From an uncultured Acidobacteriota bacterium (GTDB lineage: Bacteria; Acidobacteriota; Polarisedimenticolia; J045), in the NCBI GenBank assembly GCA_963702425.1, contig CAVPCQ010000025.1:24916-88915 (forward strand): 64,000 nt of DNA. Reading direction: 5' to 3'. Below are positions 14,884 to 26,232 of the stretch, one piece after another. Every line of letters starts with the position of its first letter. Within the stretch, counting starts at the first letter, position 1. Made by a program: the position numbers and the translations under genes. The notes under the pieces were generated by a model that saw only the letters and a list, made by a program, of their open reading frames with translations, was not told where the DNA came from and ran no database searches.

Positions 14884-16576
14884 CGGAATCGCCCCGCTCG
14901 CGCTCCCGCTCCAGCAGCGCGCTCGCCAGCACCAGCGGCCCGACGCGGCCGACGAACATCGCGACCGCGGCCACCAGCTTGCCGGCCGTCGTCAGCTCCG
15001 GCGTCAGGTTCATCGTCAGGCCGACGGTGCCGAGCGCCGAGGCCGCCTCGAACGCGACCCGCCGGTCGAAGGTCCCCTGGGCGAGCGCGAGCAGCAGCGC
15101 GAAGGCCCCGTACGAGCCCAGGTACGTCGAACGCCAGGCGCAGCGCGCGCCGGCGCTCGCGCGTCCCGGGGCCCCGGCCGCGGAGTGCCGCCGGGAGCAG
15201 GGCCGCGGCCGTGCTCGTCTTCATCCCGCCGGCGGTCCCGCCCGGCGAGCCGCCGACCAGCATCCAGGCGATCGAGAGCACGATCGCCGGCCCGCCGAAG
15301 GCCGCGAAGTCGAGCGAGTTGAAGCCCGCGGTGCGCAGCGTCACGGACTGGAACAGGGACGCCAGCCACTTCGATCCCTCGTCGAGCGGCGCGAGCGTCC
15401 GTCCGGCTTCGAACCCGCGGAACAGGAGCATCCCGGCCACGATCAGGAACGCGGTCGTCCGAGCGCTGCACGCTGCTCCCAATCGAAAGGCGAGCGGTCG
15501 CGTGTCGTCGCGCGCCGGCCCAGCCGGATCAGCAAGACGAAGCCGAGGCCGCCGAGCACGACCAGCGCGGCGATCACCAGGTTGGTCGGAACGTCGGCGA
15601 CGAGGCCGGTCAACGAGGCGTTCCCCTTGAAGAGCGAGAAACCGGCGTTGCAGAACGCGGAGACCGCGTGGAACGCGGCCCAGCCCCCGCGCGTCACCGC
15701 GTCGGGCACGATCTCCCGCCAGGCCCAGAACAGCCCCGCTGCGCCGACGGCCTCGATCGCCAGGGTGACGCCGATGATCCGCCCGAGCAGCGTGCGCACG
15801 TCGGTCGCGTCGTCTTCGGTAATCGCCTCGGCCAGGGCCTGCTCGTGCCGTCCGGTGTACCGCCGCCCGCCGAAAACCGCGAACGCCGTCGTCAGCGTCA
15901 GCACGCCGAGCCCGCCGACCTGGATCAGCGACCAGCAGCACCCCGTACCCCAGCTTCGAGAACTGCCCTGCCGTGTCGACGACGACGAGCCCCGTCACGC
16001 AGCCCGCCGAGGTCGCGGTGAAGAGCGCGTCGACGAGCGACAGCGGGACGTCACGATGGCAGCCCGGTAGGAGCAGCGCCAGCGTGCCGGCGCGCGACCA
16101 GCAGGCCGAACGAGACGACCGCCATCTGGGCCGGGGCGAGCCGCAGGCGCAGGAGGAGCTGGTTCGCGAGCGACGACCGCGCGGCCACGATCGCGAGGAA
16201 GTAGAACTGCACGACCAGGACGAGCAGCGCCCACGTCGGGTCCGGGATGTCGCGCGCCGCGAGGTAGGCGGCCTCCGGAGTTTCGTTCAGTCCCAGGTAG
16301 ACGAAGACCTGCGACGCGAGCACGGCGAGCATCGAGAAGTCGAGCCAGCGCGTCCTGAGGTAGTCCAGCGGCTGCCCGGCGACCAGCAGCTTCGAGAGCT
16401 GCAGCAGCGACGAAGGCGACGACGCAGAGGAACTGCAGCCGTGTCAGCCACCCGTCCCACGGCGGTCCGACGAGCAACCCGTAGACGAGGATCGCCGCGC
16501 CGAGGCCGGTCAGCGCGGGAATGGCCATCGCGGCGTTGATCCGCGCGATGGACCGGCTGCGCTCCGCGGGCCTCAC
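14876..16576 (-). CDS. TrkH/KtrB potassium uptake membrane protein, frameshifted
   Basis: FHAVSAFCNAGFS, QSVTLRTAGFNS, GGSPGGTAGGMK and FEAASALGTVGL pore loops in different frames. Confidence 0.85.
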
Positions 16577-17885
16577 GCTGCGTCGTCGGTCCCGTCGGGC
16601 CGGGTGGTCGGCGCCGGCCCGGGCGGCCGCGCGTCGAACTCGAGCGGCACGCGGGCCAGCGCGCGGTAGGGGACGCGCACGAACGCGCCGTCGTCGGTGC
16701 GGAGCGTCAGCGCCAGCGGACCGTCGGCGACGACGACGCCGGCGAGCGGGCCGACCCGCACGCGCGTTCCGCGCTCGACGAAGCGGCCGTAGTGGAGCGC
16801 GAGGCCGGCGAGGAAGTCGGCGGCGAAGTCGCGCATCCCGACGAGGAAGAGCAGCGCCAGGAGCGCGGAGAGCGCGAGCAGCGCCACGCCGGGCGGCCCC
16901 GGCAGCAGCAGGCCGGCGACGAGCACGAAGAGCCCGATCAGCAGCAGCTGGATCGTGATTCCGGCGGTGTGGGGGCCGCCGAACGAGCGCGAGACGGCGC
17001 GCAGGCTGGCGCGCAGCAGCAGCGCCAGCAGTCCCAGCAGGACCAGGCGCGGCAGCAGGCCGAGCAGTGCCACCCCCGTCTCGCTCGCCGCGCGCCAGAC
17101 GAGCTCGGTCAGGCGCACGCCGTAGGCGGAGGTCGTCGGGATCAGCCGCAGCAGCGCGACCGCGAAGCCGTACGTCAGGACGAGGTAGGCGACCCAGCGC
17201 AGCACGGCCAGCAGCGAAGCTCAGCAGGCGGCGAACCGCCGACGCGCTGAGCAGCGTGACACCGCCGACCTCGATCGCGTGGCGGTGCCAGCGCGGGTGG
17301 AGCAGCACCGAGCGCAGCCTCAGGTAGAGGAACCGTGTCGCGATCAGCGCGGCGAGCCAAAGCACCGGGATGACGATGCCGAGCACCGCGCTGCGCAACA
17401 GGCTCGCGGAGTAGAGCGCCGCCTTCTCGCGCGCGAAGCGCGGCCGGGTCTCCTCCATCCAGCGCCGTGCGACCTCCTCTGCCGGAAGGCCGGCCACGAT
17501 CGAGTCGTTCGGACCGGCCCGCAGCAGCTCGCGACCGCAGACGAAGAGCGCGGGCCGGCCGTCGGCCTCGCCCAGCGAGAAGCTCTCCGGGGTGCAGGCC
17601 GGATCGACGAGCGCCTCGTCGATCCGCACCGCGGCCAGTTGCGCCCGCTCCGCCGCGGAGAGCTGGCCGAGCGGGGCGTAGACCGTCGGGCCCGTGGTGC
17701 GGCCGATCCGGACCGGGAAAGCGGCGGCGGCCGGCGCGAGCGGAGGGGGCGACGGCGAAGGGTGCGCGGGGCTCGGGGTCGGCGGGGGGGCCGGCGTCGG
17801 CGGGTCCGTCGCGCTCGCCGGCAGCGCCAGGGCGGCCAGCGCGGTGGTGACGGCGAGCCATCGCGAACAGGGTAAGCGACCTCAC
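16573..17885 (-). CDS. MscS-family mechanosensitive channel with periplasmic N-terminal domain, frameshifted
   Basis: TM segments, then DFLAGLALHYGRFVERGTRVRVG...LTLRTDDG..VRVP. Confidence 0.7.
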
Positions 17886-18074
17886 GGCGGCATGATAGCG
17901 GACCCGGCCAGGAGGCCTCGGCGGCGGCTCGCTGCGACGCCTGCGCCGGGTCGCCCGGTGCCACCTCGGGACGGTCCGGCCGGCGCGAGCAATCGCCGGG
18001 CTGTGGCCGCCGGGCCGCTCTCCCTTATCCTGCTCGGGTCGCCGCGGGTCGACCCGCGCGGCCGAGAGGTGCCG

Positions 18075-19022
18075 ATGCACGTGCCGGATGGGTTCCTGAG
18101 CGCCGGGGTCGCGGCGGGGGCGTGGGCCGCGGGCGCGGTCTCGCTGGCCGGCGCGCTCGGCGCCGAGCGGCGCGACCCGGAGCCGGTCCCCGCCGGCGTG
18201 CTGGGCGCGCTGGCGGCGTTCGTGTTCGCGGCGCAGATGGTCAACGTCCCGGTCGCCCCCGGGACCAGCGGTCACCTCGTCGGCGCGACCCTGACCGCGG
18301 CGCTCGTCGGGCCCTGGCGTGCGATCGTCGTGATGGCGGTCGTGCTCGCGGTGCAGGCGCTCCTGTTCCAGGACGGCGGGATCACCGCCTACGGCGTCAA
18401 CCTGCTGGCGATGGGAGTCGTCGCGGTCGTCGTCGGCTTCGCCGTCACGCAGGCGATCGCGCACCGCGTCGGCGGCGTGCGCGGACAGGCGGCAGGGGCG
18501 GTCGTCGGCGCGTTCCTGGCGACGCTTGCAGCGGCGAGCGTCGTCGCCGCCGCGCTGGCCCTGTCGGGCCTCTACCCGATCGGCGGCATCCTGCCGCTGA
18601 TGCTCGTCACGCACGTCCCGATCGGCCTGCTCGAGGCGGCGCTGACCGGCGCGATCCTCGCGACCGTCCTGCGCTGGCGCCCCGACCTGGCCGCCGGCCT
18701 GCAGGATGGCCGGCCCGTGTCGCGGCCGGTCGCGACGGCGCTCGGCGCGCTCGGCGTCGCGCTGCTCGTTGCGGGCTTCGTGGCTCCGTTCGCATCGACG
18801 CTGCCCGACGGCCTCGAAGCGATTGCGGAGCGGCTCGGTTTCGCCGGTGCAGCGCGTGCGCTGTGGCCGGCCCCCGCGCCGGACTACGAGATCCCCGGCG
18901 TGGCGGCGCTGGGACGGGTGGCGCCCGCCGTCGCCGGCCTGGGAGGCACGATCGTCGCCGCGGGCCTCGCGTGGGCCTTGTCGCGCGGCCTGGCGGCTCG
19001 CGGCCGGGCCGGACACCGTTGA
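18075..19022 (+). CDS. ECF transporter S component NikM/CbiM fused to a PDGLE domain
   Basis: N-terminus MHVPDG, GTSGHLVG, QALLFQDGG, ASTLPDGLE. Confidence 0.9.
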   Translation: MHVPDGFLSAGVAAGAWAAGAVSLAGALGAERRDPEPVPAGVLGALAAFVFAAQMVNVPVAPGTSGHLVGATLTAALVGPWRAIVVMAVVLAVQALLFQDGGITAYGVNLLAMGVVAVVVGFAVTQAIAHRVGGVRGQAAGAVVGAFLATLAAASVVAAALALSGLYPIGGILPLMLVTHVPIGLLEAALTGAILATVLRWRPDLAAGLQDGRPVSRPVATALGALGVALLVAGFVAPFASTLPDGLEAIAERLGFAGAARALWPAPAPDYEIPGVAALGRVAPAVAGLGGTIVAAGLAWALSRGLAARGRAGHR

Positions 19023-19663
19023 GCGGCGTGCGCACGATCCGCCGCCCGGGCCTGGTGCTTGCGGCGGGACTCGCGCTCGTCATCGCGTCGGCGCTGGCGC
19101 CGGCCGGGCTTGGCGGCCGGGCGATCCACACCTGGTCGTGGGCGCTGTGGGGCGCCGCGTTTCTCGCCGGGCTCGCGTTCCTGAGCGCCGCCGGCCTGAC
19201 CGTCGCGCAGGCGGTGCGGCGCCTGGCGTGGCTGATGCCGCTGGTCCTGCTGCTCGCGCTTCCGGCTGCGCTGCTGGCTTCGCCCGGCCACCGGATCGAG
19301 ATCGCGCTCGCGCTCGGCGCGCGTGCGCTGGCGGCGACCGCGGCGGGCGCGGGGATCGCCAGCCTGCTTGGTCCGCTCGGGCTCGTGCGCGGCGTGGCGG
19401 CACTCGGCGTGCCGCGGCGGCTCGTCGACGTGCTGGAGGCGGCGCTCGGCAGCCTCTCCGGCGTCTTCCGCCAGGTGAAGGGGATGCTGCGCGCGCGCGA
19501 AGCGCGGCGCCCGGCGTTCGGCGCGTGGAGTTCGCTCGCGCGCGAGCCCGTAGCGACGGTCACCGGCTTCGGACGCTTCGCGGGTGCGCTGTTGCTGCGC
19601 TCGCTGGAGCGGGCCGAGGCGCTGGAGCGCGCCCGCCGCGCGCGCGGCGGGGGCGAGGCGTGA
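19019..19663 (+). CDS. ECF transporter T component (NikQ/CbiQ)
   Basis: Hydrophobic protein with AREARR and RSLERAEALERARRARG motifs; overlaps both neighbours by 4 nt. Confidence 0.8.
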   Translation: MSGVRTIRRPGLVLAAGLALVIASALAPAGLGGRAIHTWSWALWGAAFLAGLAFLSAAGLTVAQAVRRLAWLMPLVLLLALPAALLASPGHRIEIALALGARALAATAAGAGIASLLGPLGLVRGVAALGVPRRLVDVLEAALGSLSGVFRQVKGMLRAREARRPAFGAWSSLAREPVATVTGFGRFAGALLLRSLERAEALERARRARGGGEA

Positions 19664-20427
19664 CCGGCGCGGTCGCGCTCGAGGTCGAGCACCTCGCCTA
19701 CCACTATCCCGACGGGTCGGCCGCGCTCGACGGCGTGTCGTTCCGCGTCGCACCCGGAGAGCGCGTCGCGCTGCTCGGACCCAACGGGGCGGGGAAGTCG
19801 ACCCTGCTGCTGCACCTCGCCGGGCTGCTGCCGGAGCGCCAGCGCTACCTGCACCGCCACGCCGCGCACGACGCGCCGCACCGCCACGACGTGCAGGGGC
19901 ACGTGCACGTCGACGGCGTGGAGCTGAGACCGCACGCGATCCGCGCGATCAGGGACAAGGTCGGGATCGTGTTCGAGGATCCCGACGACCAGCTGATCGG
20001 CCTGACCGTCGGCGAGGACGTCGCCTACGGGCCGCGCGCGCGCCGCTGGCCGCCCGCGGAAGTCGAGCGCGCGGTGCACGAGGCGCTCGCGGCGGTCGGG
20101 CTGGCAGGCTTCGAGGAGCGCTTTCCGCACCACCTCTCGACCGGCGAGAAGCGGCGGCTCTGCCTGGCCGGCGTGCTGGCCTGCCGGCCGGGCCTGCTGC
20201 TGCTCGACGAGCCGTCGGCGGGGCTCGACCCGCGCGGCCGGCGCGAGCTGGCGGCGCTGCTCGACGGGCTGCCGGCGACGATCGTCGCCGCCAGCCACGA
20301 CCTGGCGTTCGTCGAGCGGCTGGCGCCGCGCGCGATCGTGCTCGACCGCGGGCGCGTCGTCGCGGACGGGCCAACACCCGCGCTCTTTGCCGACCGCGAC
20401 CTGCTGCGGCGGCACGGGCTGGACTGA
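19660..20427 (+). CDS. ECF transporter ATPase (NikO/CbiO)
   Basis: GPNGAGKST, LSTGEKRR, LLLDEP, SHD. Confidence 0.92.
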   Translation: MTGAVALEVEHLAYHYPDGSAALDGVSFRVAPGERVALLGPNGAGKSTLLLHLAGLLPERQRYLHRHAAHDAPHRHDVQGHVHVDGVELRPHAIRAIRDKVGIVFEDPDDQLIGLTVGEDVAYGPRARRWPPAEVERAVHEALAAVGLAGFEERFPHHLSTGEKRRLCLAGVLACRPGLLLLDEPSAGLDPRGRRELAALLDGLPATIVAASHDLAFVERLAPRAIVLDRGRVVADGPTPALFADRDLLRRHGLD

Positions 20428-20449
20428 GCGTCGTGTCCGAGGAGACCCC

Positions 20450-22298
20450 ATGAACAGCTTCGTCCTGCGCGTGCTCGACCCCCGCGGCCCCACCGCCGGC
20501 TTCCTGCTCGAGTTGCGCGAGGAGCACGCACTGTCGGACCTGCACTGGGCGATCGCGACCGCGCTCGGCGTGGCAGGCGAGGGGAGCTACGCCTTCGACC
20601 TGGCCGGGGGCGAGGCGCCCGACTTCGACGATCCCGACTTCGTGCTGGACGACAGCGTCGCGCCGCTCTTTCCGCTGCGCGAGGTGATCGACGAGCTGGG
20701 CGGGCGGATCTGGCACCGCGCCGGGCGAGGGAATCGGGACCGAGATCGTCCCCGAGCGGCTGCGCGTCGCGTACGCGCACGCGACCTACCCGCGCCGCGC
20801 CGGGACCGGCACCGAGCTGGAGGGCTCGCCGGTTCGCGGCGACGCGACCGAGACGAGCGGGCGTCTGCGGAGCGAGGCCCGCGTCCACGCCGCGGCGATG
20901 GACGAGATCGTGCGGCGCGGCACGGTCGGCGACCTCGATCCGGAGCACGGCCCGCTCGATCCGCGCGCGGCGCTCGAGCGGCTCGGCGAGCTGCTCGACT
21001 GGGCCGCGGGCGATCGGCGACGGGTTGCCGCGGTGGAGATGCTGGCCGAGTCGCACTGGAGCTACTGGCTACGCCAGTGGCTGACCGGCGAGGCGCCGCG
21101 CCTCGGGCTGGTCGACGAGGCGGCGGCGCTGCTTGCGCGCTGGGCCGAGATCGACCGGCGCGAGGATGCGCTGGCGCGGCGCGCGCTGGTGCTGGCCAAG
21201 ACCGGACGCGGCGCCGCGGCGATCGCCGAGGCCGACACGGTGCTGGCCAGCGCGCGGCGCGACGGCTGGGCGATGTTCCTGGCCGCGCAGGCGCTCGAGG
21301 CCGCGGGCGAGCCGGCGCGCGCCGAGACGGTCTATCGCGAGCTGCTCGGCGCGGAGGACATCCCGCCGACCTTCGAGCTCGGCGTCCTCGAGCGGCTTGC
21401 GCCGCTGCTGGCGCGCGCCGGGCGGTCGGCGGAGGCGGCGCCGCTCGTCGAGCGGCTGGCCGCGCTCGAGAAGGCCGCGGCCCGCGACGGGGTCGACGAG
21501 GAGTTGGACGAGCTGGGCGCGCTCGACGACGAGGCGGACGAGGTGATCGACGACGAGGACGACGACGAGCTGATGGGCTTGGTCGCGGCCGAGGCCGAGG
21601 CCGACCTCGAGATCGGCGCCCCCGAGCTGCCGGACGAGGGGGACGAGAGCGCAGCTTTCCGGACGGCGCGCGCGGCGCTGCTCGAGTTCGCCGCGCGCCC
21701 GGAACACGCGTCGCGCGTCGCGGCGGCGCTGACCGAGGCGATGGACGAGGAGTTGTCGCAGTACACGCTGCAGGACCTGCTCGAGCGGTTCGCGCCGCGC
21801 GGGGCCGCGCAGGCGCTGGTCGAGTGGGTGCTCTTCGATCACCGCGACGAGGCGGGCGAGACGATCGCGGCGCGCTTTCTGCGCGAGGACGGGCCGTCAC
21901 TCGATGACGACCAGCGGCTCGTGCTCGAGCGTGCGATGAAGAGCCCCGTCAGCCTCTACCGCGTGAAGGCGATCGCCCCCGGCCGCGGGATGACGCTCGC
22001 CGACCTGCCGCGCGGTCGGACGATCGCGGCGCTCGATTCGCTGCTGGCGCACCGCTTCGACCCGGAGGACCTGGTCGCGATGCGCGTGGTGGAGCTGGAC
22101 GGGGCGCCGCGCCCGACTGGCGGCTGCTTCGCCTTCGAGGCCGAGGACATGGGCGAGCTGATGGCCGCGCTGCTCCAGGCCTACGAGGACTACACCGAGA
22201 TCTTCCCCGGCAGCGGCTGGGACGAGGTGCTGCGCGAGCACTTCGACCTCTTCCCGGCCTTCCTCGCCTTCAAGTCGACGCGCGAGCGGCAGGCGTAG
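20450..22298 (+). CDS. Hypothetical protein (pRiA4b ORF3-like N-terminus, helical repeats, acidic tract), frameshifted near 20750-20890
   Basis: LSDLHWAIATA N-terminus; ORF 20898..22298 with EWVLFD...SLYRV C-terminal domain. Confidence 0.55.
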
Positions 22299-22333
22299 GC
22301 GGGCGCTCTGGGCGGCCGCAAGGGAGAACGGAG

Positions 22334-22786
22334 ATGGCACTCAAGGTGTCCGAAGAGATCGCGATCGATGCGTCGCCGGAGCGGGTCTGGTCCTACCTGG
22401 CGAGCGAGCGCGGGCTGGCGGCGTGGAACGACGGCCTCGTGCGCGTGGAGCCGCATACGCTGCGCGCCGGCGAGACCTGCCGGATCGTGGTGCGGGCAGC
22501 AGGCAGCGACATCGAGCAGTCGCAGGAGGCGACGGTCGTGGTTTCCGAACCGCCGCGCCGCCTGGGTCTCGAAGTCGCGGGGGGGATGCTGCCGCCGGGC
22601 GTGAGCCTGCGCGTCGACCTGAGCCTGCGCCCCGTGGGGACCGGGACCCGGCTGGTGGTCGATGCGGAGGCAAAGCTGACGGGCTTTCTCGCCGGGCTGA
22701 TCGGCTCCTCGATCCTGCCGCTGGCGACGACGCGGTTCCGCGCCGCGGCGGCGCGGCTCAAAGAGGCGGCGGAGGCGGGGCGGTAG
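22334..22786 (+). CDS. SRPBCC/START-fold (CoxG-like) protein
   Basis: IAIDASPERVWSYL...W motif; 150 aa; GGAG RBS. Confidence 0.8.
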   Translation: MALKVSEEIAIDASPERVWSYLASERGLAAWNDGLVRVEPHTLRAGETCRIVVRAAGSDIEQSQEATVVVSEPPRRLGLEVAGGMLPPGVSLRVDLSLRPVGTGTRLVVDAEAKLTGFLAGLIGSSILPLATTRFRAAAARLKEAAEAGR

Positions 22787-22825
22787 TTGGCGGTGCGACG
22801 CGCCAAGCCGGTGCACGTGTCCAGC

Positions 22826-22860
22826 CGTGCAATCTTGCATTCGGAATGCAAGATTGCACG
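22826..22860. other. Perfect 17-bp inverted repeat with 1-nt spacer between convergent genes
   Basis: CGTGCAATCTTGCATTC-G-GAATGCAAGATTGCACG. Confidence 0.85.
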
Positions 22861-22901
22861 ATCCAGGCCTTCAGCGTCCTGCGGCTGCGCCCCGTGCCCT
22901 G

Positions 22902-25900
22902 CTACCGCCACTCCCCCGCCGCCACGAACGCCCCCCAGTAGAACGGGTGCGTAGACAGGCCCGCCCGGCGCCGCTCCTCGAGCGTGCGCAGGCTGGCCTG
23001 CCGCACCGCGTCCGCCGTCGTCGAGCCGTTCAGGCGCGCTTCGTACAGCGCCCGCATCCAGGCCCGCGAGGCCTCGTCCTGCACCGGCCACAGGCTCATG
23101 ATCAGCGTCCCCGCTCCCGCCACCTCGAACGCTCGACGCAGGCCGAGTACGCCTTCGCCGTTCATCACCTGGCCGACGCCGGTGTTGCAGGCCGAGAGCA
23201 CGACCCAGTCGACGCCGGAGAGGTCGAGCGACGCGATCTCCTCCGCGGTGAGGATGCCGTCCTCCTCGCCGGGGCCGGCGTCGTCGCGGTGGTTGGCGCC
23301 GGCCAGCGCGAGGCCGGAAGAGAGCAGGGGACTGGCCGTGCCGCCGGCGCTGAGACACTTCGGCTCGAGATAGAAGCCGTGGGTGGCGAGGTGGACGATG
23401 CTCCGGGACGGCGCGAGCTGCTTGAAGAGCGCTTCGTGGGCCGCCGGGCCGGTCAGCTCGAGCGCCGCGTCACGCGAACCCTCATGCGCCGACCAGATCG
23501 CCGTCACCTCATCGGCCTCCAACTTCGAGGCAGGCAGCGCCTCGAAACGCAGCGAGCGGAAGTCCCCGCACGAGGCGCGTGGGCCGCGGTAGGTATCGGC
23601 GAGCGCGGAGGGAAGCGCCGCCGGCGCGCTCGCCCGGGCAAGCCGCAGGACCTCCGCGCCGCTCGCCGGCGCGCGGTCGAAGTCGGGGGCGCCGAGTGCG
23701 AGCAGCGTCGGCGTCCCGCCGCCGGCCGGTCCCGGCGGGCGCGCGAGGTCCCGCTCCGCCGAGAGCAACTGGATCACCGGACCACGCTCGACGAGATAGC
23801 GCCCGTTCGGCGCCGGCAGCGTGGCCAGGTTGACGAGGTGGAGCGCGCCGTCGGGGACGACGAAGACCTGCTTCGCTCCGCCGACGTGCCTTGCGAGCGG
23901 GTCCCAGACCGCGCGCCGCAGCGCCTCGCCGGCGCGTCGCGCGCGCTCGTCCGCGTCGCGCGCGGGCGCTTTGACCGCCGCTGGCTTCGCGGCCGCTTCC
24001 ACGCGCCACGCCGCGACCAGCCGTTCGATCTCCTCCGCCGGGCCGAGCGGGACGGCGACCGGCTCGCTCGCCGCGCGCAGTACGAGCGCCGTGTACGTCC
24101 GGCGCGGAGCGCGCGCGACGCCGCCGGGGGCCGGCGGTGTCCGATCCCATGCCGAGGGGTCGTGGATCGCGTACGCCACCAGCGCCGCGCCCGCGGGAAG
24201 GGCGTCCTCGACGTCGCCCAGGCTGACGCCGCGCCACGCCTGCGCGCGCCGGAAGGCGGCGCTCTTCGCCGCCAGCGCGGCCTCGTCGCGCTCCTTCTCG
24301 TCACGCGCGGCGCGCAGCCGCTCGGCGTAGCGCTCCGGTGTGTCGGAGGCGATGCCCCGGACCGTCAGCCGGGCCAGCCGCGTCCGCGCCGCCTCGAACT
24401 GCGCCCGGAGTGCGGCGCTCTCGGCATCGCCGTCCCCGGCCGCGAGCCGGCGCCGGGACGCCATCTCGTCCAGCACGAGGGCCCGCGAGCGCACCAGCGC
24501 GTCCCAGGCTGCGCGCGTCCTCGCCGATGCCGGGTGCGCCACGGCGAGCGAGAGCGCGAGGTCCCAGCCCCACGGCGTCGCGGAGGAGAGCGTGAGCGCC
24601 TGCCGCTCGGGCAGCCCGCCGGCGTAGAGCGCGAACTGCTCGCGGCCGATCCGCGCCGCCGCGAGCACTGCGCGTTCGGCGCCCGCTACGTCGCCCGCGT
24701 CGGCGCGCACGGCCGCGAGACCGAACAGCGTGTTGAGGTGCGTGATCTCGAGCCCTGGCGTCCCGTCGAGGACGGCCTCGTTCGCCGCGTACAGCGCGGC
24801 CGCTTCCTCGCCGCGGCCCGAGAGGCGCAGGTTCCGCGCCAACTCGGTGTGGCACCAGAGCGCCTCGTGCTTGTCCGGGCCGAGGGCGCGATCGTAGATC
24901 GAGCAGGCCCGTTCCAGTCGGGTGCGGCCGGCATCGAGATCACCGAGATCCGTCAGGAGCGAGCCGTCAACGACGAGGGCCTGTGCGATGTTGGGATGAT
25001 CGGGCGGGAGAAAGTGCTCCTGGATCGTGACGGAGCGGGTGACGAACGGGCGGGCCTCGGTGAACTTCCCCTCATTGAGCAACAGGTAGCCGAGCACGGA
25101 GAGCGCGGCGGCCGTCTCCTCGTGCATCGGCCCGAAGATGCGCTCGTGGAGCTCGAGCGCGCGACGTGCAGTGACCTCCGCTTCGGGCAGGTCGCCGACG
25201 TACTGCTGGGCTTCCGAAAGGACTCGTACCGTGATGGCGACCCACGGATGGTCGGGTCCCTGCGTTCGCTCGAGGATCGGGAGGGCTCGCTGGAGAGCCG
25301 CAAGCGCGCCAGCCGGGTCGCCCGCGCCGACGGCGGCCCACCCGAAGTTCACGAGCTGCCCCGCGAACTCGGGCGAGTCGGGTCCGAGAGCGGTTTCCAT
25401 CGCCGCGATCGCTCGCTCGCGGTGGGCGAGGGAGGCGTCCTCGTCGCCTCGGCGCTTGAGGAGGCTGGCGTATCCTCCCCACGCACGTGCCGTGAAGATG
25501 CTCTCCGGTCCTGGCGTCGACTCCAACACCGCCAGTGCCGACTGGTAGAGCTCGTCGGCCTCTTTGTAGCGTCCGAGGCGGTAGTAGGCCCACGCCAGCC
25601 CGGACTTCGCGCTGGCCGTTCTCGGATCGGCGTCGCCCAGGGCCGCGCGCCGGACCGCCAAGCTCCGCTCCGCCAAGCGCATCGCGTCTTCGACATCTCC
25701 CAGCTGCTCGACACCCCAGCACATCCGCAGCAGGCTGTCGGCGACCGCGAGGTCGTCCGGCCCAAGAGCGGCCTCGCGGATCTTGAGCGCCCTCTCGTGC
25801 AGCGCGCGGGCCGCGGCCAAGTCGCCGCCTTCACCCTCGATGATCGAAGCGAGGTTGTGCAGGCTGGCCGCAATGCGCGGGTCGTCCGGCCCGTAGGCTG

Positions 25901-26225
25901 TCTCGTGGATGTGCAGGGCGCGCTCTGCCAACTGCCGCGTGGCGGGATCGCGCGAGCCGCTGCAGTTGCAGAGCACCTCGACCAGCAGGTCGATCGCGTC
26001 GGCGGCTTCGACCGAGTCGGGTCCGGGGTTCGCTTCGGCGGCCCTTAGCCATTCGCGGGCGACGGGTACGGCTTCGCGATATCGACCCTGCTCGACGAGA
26101 GCGCGGGCGGTGGACGGTTTGCGGGCAGACCCGGGGCGCGCGACTTCGCCCGGGCCGGCGCGACCGGCTCCCTCCGCTGTCGCGAACAGGCCGAGGCAGA
26201 TGATCAGAGTCATCGGAGTCCGCAT
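22902..26225 (-). CDS. Secreted TPR + CHAT (caspase-like) protease 1
   Basis: Signal-like N-terminus MRTPMTLIICLGLF; many GPD..A TPRs; VVPDGALH; catalytic HLATHGF and VLSACNTG; HPFYWGAF. Confidence 0.93.
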   Translation of the reverse strand: MRTPMTLIICLGLFATAEGAGRAGPGEVARPGSARKPSTARALVEQGRYREAVPVAREWLRAAEANPGPDSVEAADAIDLLVEVLCNCSGSRDPATRQLAERALHIHETAYGPDDPRIAASLHNLASIIEGEGGDLAAARALHERALKIREAALGPDDLAVADSLLRMCWGVEQLGDVEDAMRLAERSLAVRRAALGDADPRTASAKSGLAWAYYRLGRYKEADELYQSALAVLESTPGPESIFTARAWGGYASLLKRRGDEDASLAHRERAIAAMETALGPDSPEFAGQLVNFGWAAVGAGDPAGALAALQRALPILERTQGPDHPWVAITVRVLSEAQQYVGDLPEAEVTARRALELHERIFGPMHEETAAALSVLGYLLLNEGKFTEARPFVTRSVTIQEHFLPPDHPNIAQALVVDGSLLTDLGDLDAGRTRLERACSIYDRALGPDKHEALWCHTELARNLRLSGRGEEAAALYAANEAVLDGTPGLEITHLNTLFGLAAVRADAGDVAGAERAVLAAARIGREQFALYAGGLPERQALTLSSATPWGWDLALSLAVAHPASARTRAAWDALVRSRALVLDEMASRRRLAAGDGDAESAALRAQFEAARTRLARLTVRGIASDTPERYAERLRAARDEKERDEAALAAKSAAFRRAQAWRGVSLGDVEDALPAGAALVAYAIHDPSAWDRTPPAPGGVARAPRRTYTALVLRAASEPVAVPLGPAEEIERLVAAWRVEAAAKPAAVKAPARDADERARRAGEALRRAVWDPLARHVGGAKQVFVVPDGALHLVNLATLPAPNGRYLVERGPVIQLLSAERDLARPPGPAGGGTPTLLALGAPDFDRAPASGAEVLRLARASAPAALPSALADTYRGPRASCGDFRSLRFEALPASKLEADEVTAIWSAHEGSRDAALELTGPAAHEALFKQLAPSRSIVHLATHGFYLEPKCLSAGGTASPLLSSGLALAGANHRDDAGPGEEDGILTAEEIASLDLSGVDWVVLSACNTGVGQVMNGEGVLGLRRAFEVAGAGTLIMSLWPVQDEASRAWMRALYEARLNGSTTADAVRQASLRTLEERRRAGLSTHPFYWGAFVAAGEWR

Positions 26226-26232
26226 ACGCTTC

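Noticed and set aside
17890-18074. Possible cobalamin riboswitch before the ECF transporter
   Set aside because: No B12-box or other conserved riboswitch motifs are visible.
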